Source: Deltaproteobacteria bacterium (GTDB lineage Bacteria > Myxococcota_A > UBA9160 > SMWR01). From it: a DNA stretch of 64,000 nucleotides. Below the pieces are notes generated by a model. The model saw only the letters and a list, made by a program, of their open reading frames with translations, had not been told where the DNA came from and did no database searches. Location of the stretch: positions 218,886 to 282,885 of the forward strand of contig JAQBHB010000047.1 of the NCBI GenBank assembly GCA_032128115.1, given 5' to 3'. A program made the position numbers and the translations under genes. Shown one piece after another: positions 58,757-64,000 of the stretch; position 1 is the first letter of the stretch; the number at the start of each line of letters is the position of its first letter.

Positions 58757-59743
58757 TCAGCCCAACGACGGGTGGGCAGGGCGAGCCGCGGCGACGATCC
58801 GCTCGACGATCTGGGCGAGGGCCAGGCCCGCGCGCTCCCCGGCCGCAGCGAAGCCGGCATCGGGAGACAGGCAGGGGTTGGCATTGATCTCCAGCACGCT
58901 CGGCTCTCCGGCGTGCACCCGGAAGTCGACCCTCGCGTAGCCGCGCAATCCGAAGAGCCGCCAGCAGGCATGGGCCAGCTCGCCGAGGTGAGCCAGCAGC
59001 GCAGCGTCCGTCGCGGGGAACTCGAAGCGGCGCAAGGTGTGGAGGGCCTCGAAGGAATCGTCCTCCCACTTGGCTGCGTAGCCGACGATGCGCGGCTTCC
59101 CGGTGGGCCACTTCTCGAACCTGATCTCCGCGGCCGGCAGGAGCTCGGCGTCACCGCCATCCTTCTCGAGCAGAGAGAGATTGAACTCGCGTCCCTCGAT
59201 GAAGGCTTCCGCGAAGACCGGCCAGGGTGCCCTCGCCATGAGTTGACGCGCCTGCGCCTCACCGCGGACGACTGCAGCGTCGTCCACCCCGACGGATGCG
59301 TCCTCGCAGACCGGTTTCACGATGAAGCGTCCGGCCGGATCGGCGCGCACGGCGGCGTGACCGCCGCCGCTCTCGATCCAGGACGGCGTGGGCAGCCCTG
59401 CGCTGGCGAGCCTGCGCTTCGCGGCCAGCTTGTCCGTGGTCTCCAGGAAGACGGCCGCCGGCGCACCCGTGCACGGGATCCCGAGCGCTTCGCAGAGAGC
59501 GGGTGCCAGATGCGCGAGGCGGCCGGAACCCGCGAGGGACTCGACGAGGTTGAAGACCAGCCCCGGGCGCTGCTCCCGCAGCTGCCGTCGCGCCTGCCCG
59601 AGGTCGAGGTCCATGGCCAGGCGGGCACAGCCGTGGCCCGCGGCGCGAAGAGTCTTCTCGATGGCGGCGAGCTGGACCAGGGCATCGCGCTCGTCGATCC
59701 GCGCCTGCTCGCCGAGCTTTTCGTGAAGGAGGACGATCCTCAA
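58757..59743 (-). CDS. Ddl-like ATP-grasp ligase (2)
   Basis: VFNLVES, DKLAAK, IVKPVCEDAS, FIEGREF, ARVDFR, LEINANP; TTG start overlaps upstream TGA. Confidence 0.9.
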   Translation of the reverse strand: MRIVLLHEKLGEQARIDERDALVQLAAIEKTLRAAGHGCARLAMDLDLGQARRQLREQRPGLVFNLVESLAGSGRLAHLAPALCEALGIPCTGAPAAVFLETTDKLAAKRRLASAGLPTPSWIESGGGHAAVRADPAGRFIVKPVCEDASVGVDDAAVVRGEAQARQLMARAPWPVFAEAFIEGREFNLSLLEKDGGDAELLPAAEIRFEKWPTGKPRIVGYAAKWEDDSFEALHTLRRFEFPATDAALLAHLGELAHACWRLFGLRGYARVDFRVHAGEPSVLEINANPCLSPDAGFAAAGERAGLALAQIVERIVAAARPAHPSLG

Positions 59744-60774
59744 CTGGCGCTCGCGGCGTGCGCGGCGACGGAGGGTGGGCGGCGCAGCGGCGTGTCCGCG
59801 CGCGGCAGGCGTTCGGCCGCCGAGGCGACGATGACGCGGATCAGCTCCAGGTACGGCATCCCGATCGCGGTGCACAGGATCGGCAGGTCGGAGTGCTCGG
59901 GGTGGAGCCCGGGAAGCGGGTTGAGCTCGAGCACCTGTGGACGGCCCGCCGCGTCGAGGCGCAAGTCGACTCGGCCGGCGTCGCGCCCACCGAGGGCGCG
60001 CCAGGCGCGAAGCGCGATCTCCTCGCATTCGGAGGCGAACTCGCCCTTCGCGAGGCGGTACTCCACGAGCTCCTCGCATTGCTCCTTGTTGACGTAGCTG
60101 TAGCTGTGGGATTCGGCGCCCTCGCGCAGCGCGACCTCGAGAGTGCCCAGCACCCGCGCGCGCGCTCCCGTTCCCACGATCGAAGTGGTGACCTCGCGTC
60201 CGGGCAGAAACGGCTCGACGAGGGCGGGCTGCGCGTTCTGCTCGCGCACGCGTCGGCAGCGGGCGATCAGCTCGGCGCTCGTCGTCACGCGCGAGCCCGC
60301 GTCGATACCCTTTGCGGTGCCCTCGGCGACGGGCTTCACGAACAGGGGGAAGGCCAGGTCCATCGACTGCGCTTCCTCGTCGTTCGCGACGACCCGGAAG
60401 TCACTGGTCGGCACGCCGAGGTCTCGCAGCAGGCGCTTGGCCATGCCCTTGTGGAGGCTGAGCGCCGAGACCAGCGGGTCGGAGAACGTGTAGGGAATGC
60501 CATAGGCGTCGAGCAGTGCGGGAACTTCCGACTCGCGGCCGAAGCCGCGCATTCCCTCGGCGGTGTTGAACACGAGGTCCCAGTCGCCGCCTTCGAGCAG
60601 CCGGGCCATCAGGTCCGGAAGGTGGCCGATCCGTTCGGTCTGGTGGCCGAGTTGGCGGAGCGCGTCCGCGATGGCGTCGATGGTGCTCTCGCGGTCGAAC
60701 TCGGCGGTCTCCTCGTCCCCGAAGCCCGAGGCGAGATAGGCCGCGCGCAGATCGTAGGTGAGTCCGATCTTCAT
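59740..60774 (-). CDS. Ddl-like ATP-grasp ligase (1)
   Basis: IGLTYDLR..Y, AEFD, VKPVAEG, FLPGRE, GRVDLR, LELNPLPG. Confidence 0.92.
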   Translation of the reverse strand: MKIGLTYDLRAAYLASGFGDEETAEFDRESTIDAIADALRQLGHQTERIGHLPDLMARLLEGGDWDLVFNTAEGMRGFGRESEVPALLDAYGIPYTFSDPLVSALSLHKGMAKRLLRDLGVPTSDFRVVANDEEAQSMDLAFPLFVKPVAEGTAKGIDAGSRVTTSAELIARCRRVREQNAQPALVEPFLPGREVTTSIVGTGARARVLGTLEVALREGAESHSYSYVNKEQCEELVEYRLAKGEFASECEEIALRAWRALGGRDAGRVDLRLDAAGRPQVLELNPLPGLHPEHSDLPILCTAIGMPYLELIRVIVASAAERLPRADTPLRRPPSVAAHAASAS

Positions 60775-62120
60775 CCGCGGACTCGCTGTGCCGTGCGCGA
60801 TCGGCGGCGCTTGCGGCCGGTCGCCTTCGCCGCCGCGGCGTTGACCACCACCTCCTCGGCGACGTCGGGGTAACGCGAGATCTCTCCGGCGTAGTTACGG
60901 AGCAGCAGGTCACGGCCGTCGCGACCCACGACCATGTCGGGCGAGAGGGCGATCTTGCCGGCGCCGCCGGGCCCGTCCACCACGAAGGTGGGCGCGCCGT
61001 AGCCGGTGGTGTGCCCGCGCAGCCCAGCCACGATCTCGATCCCCCGGGCCACCGACGTGCGCAGGTGCTCGGAGCCGGAGATCGGGTCGCACTGGTAGAG
61101 GTAGTAGGGCCGGACCCGGATGCGCAGCAGCCCGTGCATCAGGCGCTTCATCACGTCGATGTCGTCGTTGACGCCGCGCAGGAGCACCGTCTGGCTGCCC
61201 AGCGGGATGCCGGCGTCGGCGAGGCGTGCACACGCCTCGGCAACCTCCGGCGTGATCTCGTCGGGGTGCTGGAAGTGGATGCTCATCCACAGCGGGTGGA
61301 AGCGCCGCAGCATCGTCGTGAGCGCCGGCGTGATCCGCATGGGGAGCACCACGGGGACCTTCGTTCCGATGCGCAGGAACTCGACGTGCGGGATCTTCCG
61401 CAGGCGGGTGAGCAGCCACTCGAGGCGCGCGTCTCCCAGGGTGAGAGGATCCCCACCCGAGATCAGTACATCGCGGATCTCCGGGTGGGCGGCCACGTAG
61501 TCGATGGCGGTCTGGAACTGGGCCTGGTTGAAGTGGAACTCCCCCGTGTGTCCCACCACTCGCGCGCGTGTGCAGTAGCGGCAGTAGGTCGCGCAGAAGT
61601 TGGTCACCAGGAACAGCACCCGGTCGGGGTAGCGGTGGACGAGGCCGGGTACGGGACTGTCGGCGTCCTCGCCGAGCGGGTCGTCGGCTTCGCCGTAGCC
61701 CCGCACCAGCTCGCCTGCGACGGGAATCATGGTGCGCCGGATCGGCTCCTCGGGGTCGTCCGGGTCCATCAGCGACGCGTAGTAGGGCGTGATCCCGACG
61801 GGCAGGCGGCCACCGATGCGCTCTATCGTGGCGCGCTCGCTGTCGGAGAGCGCCACGGAGCGCTGGAGGCTGGGGAGGTCGCGCAGGCGATTGCGCAGCT
61901 GCCAGCTCCAGTCGTTCCAGTTGGCGGACGTGGCCTCCGGAAAGTAGAGCGCCTGGAATCGCGCGGCGCGCTCCCCGATCGGGAACGCCGCGGGTTCTGG
62001 AACCGGCGCCGTCGGGCGGCGACCCGGGCCCGCCATCGAGGCGCTGGGCTGGGAAATCGGAACGGGTCGAGAAAGGGAGAGGGCCGAGGGGGGTTCCCCG
62101 TCAGCAGGTGCGGCATCCAC
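60771..62120 (-). CDS. KamA family radical SAM enzyme (lysine 2,3-aminomutase-like)
   Basis: HRYPDR, CATYCRYC, SGGDPL, YQCD, VVDGPGGAGK (PLP Lys); GTG start with AGGAG RBS. Confidence 0.93.
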   Translation of the reverse strand: MDAAPADGEPPSALSLSRPVPISQPSASMAGPGRRPTAPVPEPAAFPIGERAARFQALYFPEATSANWNDWSWQLRNRLRDLPSLQRSVALSDSERATIERIGGRLPVGITPYYASLMDPDDPEEPIRRTMIPVAGELVRGYGEADDPLGEDADSPVPGLVHRYPDRVLFLVTNFCATYCRYCTRARVVGHTGEFHFNQAQFQTAIDYVAAHPEIRDVLISGGDPLTLGDARLEWLLTRLRKIPHVEFLRIGTKVPVVLPMRITPALTTMLRRFHPLWMSIHFQHPDEITPEVAEACARLADAGIPLGSQTVLLRGVNDDIDVMKRLMHGLLRIRVRPYYLYQCDPISGSEHLRTSVARGIEIVAGLRGHTTGYGAPTFVVDGPGGAGKIALSPDMVVGRDGRDLLLRNYAGEISRYPDVAEEVVVNAAAAKATGRKRRRSRTAQRVRG

Positions 62121-62264
62121 TTCGTGGTTTACTCCTGGGCCGCCCGTTCCTCCAGGTGCCGGCGCATTTGCGGCCGACTCCAACTCGCCCGACGACCCGC
62201 CTCCCGGTGGCGCCTGGCGCTGGCTAGAACGTGGACAGCCCGAACTGCGGCACCAGATACCTCC

Positions 62265-62332
62265 GGCTTCGCCCGGTGTCAACGGGCGACCATCGTTGGG
62301 CTTCGCCCGGTGTCAACGGGCGACCATCGTTG
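62265..62332. repeat. Perfect tandem repeat 34 bp x2, each with a dyad enclosing TTGACA (minus strand)
   Basis: GGCTTCGCCCGGTGTCAACGGGCGACCATCGTTG x2. Confidence 0.95.
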
Positions 62333-62411
62333 CGACCGGAGTCGCCTGCCCCCTGGGCCCCGGTGGGAAGCCCCGCACAGATCGAAGCTCACTCAGTGGA
62401 CGGAGAGAAGA

Positions 62412-64000
62412 TCACTTCCTCGGCGACCCGCCCCGCCTCGGGCGCATCGGCCGCGCTCCGCGGCTCGCGATCAGGATGAGCGGAGTGTCGCTGGAGCGGA
62501 TCACCCCGCGCACGCGGGGCCCGAGCAGGGGCCCGGCGCCGGGCCGCTGGACCATTCCCATCACCACGAGATCCGAGTCGGCGGCGTGACGCACGATCGC
62601 CTCGACGGGGTCCTCGGCCTCCTCGATCAGGACGTCGAACTGTCCATCGGCTTCGTTGCGGACGAGTGTGCGCACCTCGCGCTCGGCCCGGCGGCGGTCT
62701 TCCGGAGTCGTTCCCGGGGGCACAGTCCGCAGGAAGGAGATCTCGCACTCTTCCGTCCGCGAGAGGCTGGCCAGCAGGCGCGCCCGCAGGCGGCTGTGCT
62801 GACCCCGCCCTCCCAGGGGAACCAGGACGCGCCTGACCCGTGCGATCCGCCAGCGTCGCGCCGCGCGCAGGAGGACGACGTCCGCATCTACAACCCGGAT
62901 GAGCCGCTCCAGGCCATCGGCGCCTCCCTCCGCCAGGTTGCTCGGCGCACCGAGCACCACGGTCTCGCAGCGGTGGAGACGCACGACCCGGGTGATCTCA
63001 CTCCAGGGATCCGAGGCCACGGTGAAGAGCGTCTCCGTCGGCGTCGCCCGCTCGAAGCTCCGACGCAGGGATTCGCTGAGGATGGTCTCCGCGTCGCGCC
63101 AGGCGGGGTGTTCCTCTTCCTCTCCGAGAGCAGATTCCGGCAATGGGACGATCGAGAGCAGCATGACGCGCCCCGCGCCCGGAGTGCGGACCGTCGCCGC
63201 CACACCGACGAGGCCTGCGGCGCTCGAGGGATTCGCGATGGGCACCAGGACCAGCGGGCTGCGGCCACGCAGACGCGCGAGGTCCGGATCACGCGCCTCG
63301 GCGGTCGCGTCCGCAAGGCTCGCGCCCCGGGCCAGGACGGTGAAGTAGGCGAGGCCACCCACGCCGAGCCACAGGACGACGACGATCCCGGCCGGGGGTA
63401 CCGCGACCGCCTGGAAGGCCGCGAGCGACAGGCAAAGGCCGCCTCCGAACAGGGGGAGCGTCGGGAAGCGACGGTCGCCCGAGCGTCGGCGCGCGAGAAT
63501 GGCCGCCCAGTGGACGAGCGCAAACGAGATCAGGAAGATCAGGCTCGACGCCGCGCCCGCTGCAGAGACGTCGCCGATCGCGAGTACGACCGCGGCCAAC
63601 ATGGCCGCGGTCACTGCAACTGCGAGCGCTGGCGTTCCGCTCGCCCCACGAATGGCGCCCAGGCTGCGCGGAAGCGTGCGGTCCCGCGCCATCGTGAACG
63701 CAACGCGCGACGCTCCCAGCAGGTTCGCCCGGAGCGCGGACAACATCGAGAGGACACCCGCCCCGATTACGAGCCAGTAGCCGGTCACGCCGAGGAACTG
63801 CTCGGCGGCGACCGCGACGAGGCTCTCGGGGTGGGCGTCGGCCAGCTCGGTGATCGAGCCGCCGGGGGGCGCGCCGACCGTCGCGATCAGCGCGAGGAGG
63901 GGAATGTAGATCGCGAGTGCGATCGCGATCGAAAAGTACATCGCGCGCGGGATGTTTCGCTGGGGGTCGCGCACCTCGCCGCCCACCGCGGCGATCAGGT
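62412..64000 (-). CDS. APC family amino acid permease with tandem USP domains (5' end beyond the window)
   Basis: GGEVRDPQRNIPRA, SRVAFTMARD, then VLVPIANP and VLVPLGG USP-like domains. Confidence 0.88.
   Translation of the reverse strand, partial: LIAAVGGEVRDPQRNIPRAMYFSIAIALAIYIPLLALIATVGAPPGGSITELADAHPESLVAVAAEQFLGVTGYWLVIGAGVLSMLSALRANLLGASRVAFTMARDRTLPRSLGAIRGASGTPALAVAVTAAMLAAVVLAIGDVSAAGAASSLIFLISFALVHWAAILARRRSGDRRFPTLPLFGGGLCLSLAAFQAVAVPPAGIVVVLWLGVGGLAYFTVLARGASLADATAEARDPDLARLRGRSPLVLVPIANPSSAAGLVGVAATVRTPGAGRVMLLSIVPLPESALGEEEEHPAWRDAETILSESLRRSFERATPTETLFTVASDPWSEITRVVRLHRCETVVLGAPSNLAEGGADGLERLIRVVDADVVLLRAARRWRIARVRRVLVPLGGRGQHSRLRARLLASLSRTEECEISFLRTVPPGTTPEDRRRAEREVRTLVRNEADGQFDVLIEEAEDPVEAIVRHAADSDLVVMGMVQRPGAGPLLGPRVRGVIRSSDTPLILIASRGARPMRPRRGGSPRK

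Noticed and set aside
58757..60774. Housekeeping ddl (D-Ala-D-Ala ligase) assignment
   Set aside because: Canonical GGxSxE motif missing and no mur/fts context
60771..62120. epmB (EF-P beta-lysylation) assignment
   Set aside because: No efp or epmA adjacent; C-terminal LRGHTTG..PTFVVD region is KamA-type
62121..62264. Riboswitch (e.g. lysine or SAM) in the KamA leader
   Set aside because: No recognisable aptamer consensus on the minus strand
63..63780. Many long alternative-frame ORFs (e.g. 63-1448 +, 1530-3365 -, 12589-14547 -, 25400-27997 +, 39763-42138 -, 45590-48157 -)
   Set aside because: Antisense or frame-shifted shadows of real genes, expected in high-GC DNA; no family motifs

Overview
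High-GC bacterial chromosome segment, gene-dense (about 57 CDS), with no integrase, transposase, CRISPR array or rRNA. Gene content suggests a Myxococcota/deltaproteobacterial-type organism (inference). From left to right: MFS transporters and lipid catabolism (SCP-x thiolase, SDRs); a sphingolipid/ceramide-modification-like cluster (desaturase/hydroxylase, Tam41-like NTase, DAG/ceramide kinase, MobA-like NTP transferase, MsbA-like ABC) next to kdsA; acyl-CoA dehydrogenase, M1 aminopeptidase, PHP metallohydrolase and Pgi; surface-modification genes (two Thr-type sulfatase-fold proteins, GT-C membrane proteins); gloA; a c-di-GMP-I riboswitch ahead of a small secreted Asn/Gly/Asp-rich protein; a TetR-RND efflux operon with its operator; a sigma54-type promoter with a small ORF; a SufR-like regulator divergent from a Rieske-helical fusion; small accessory genes including a deleted GNAT pseudogene; a trypsin-like protease with a stand-alone prodomain-like gene, FAD dehydrogenase, DUF1214 and sulfotransferase; MgtE/CBS/MscS; an OmpA lipoprotein; a decayed tRNA(CAT) remnant; and an uncharacterised KamA + two ATP-grasp ligases + GNAT operon preceded by an APC-USP transporter that runs off the window. 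Short tandem duplications (9-34 bp units) and internal deletions recur across the window. All family assignments come from motif recognition by eye, not from database searches.
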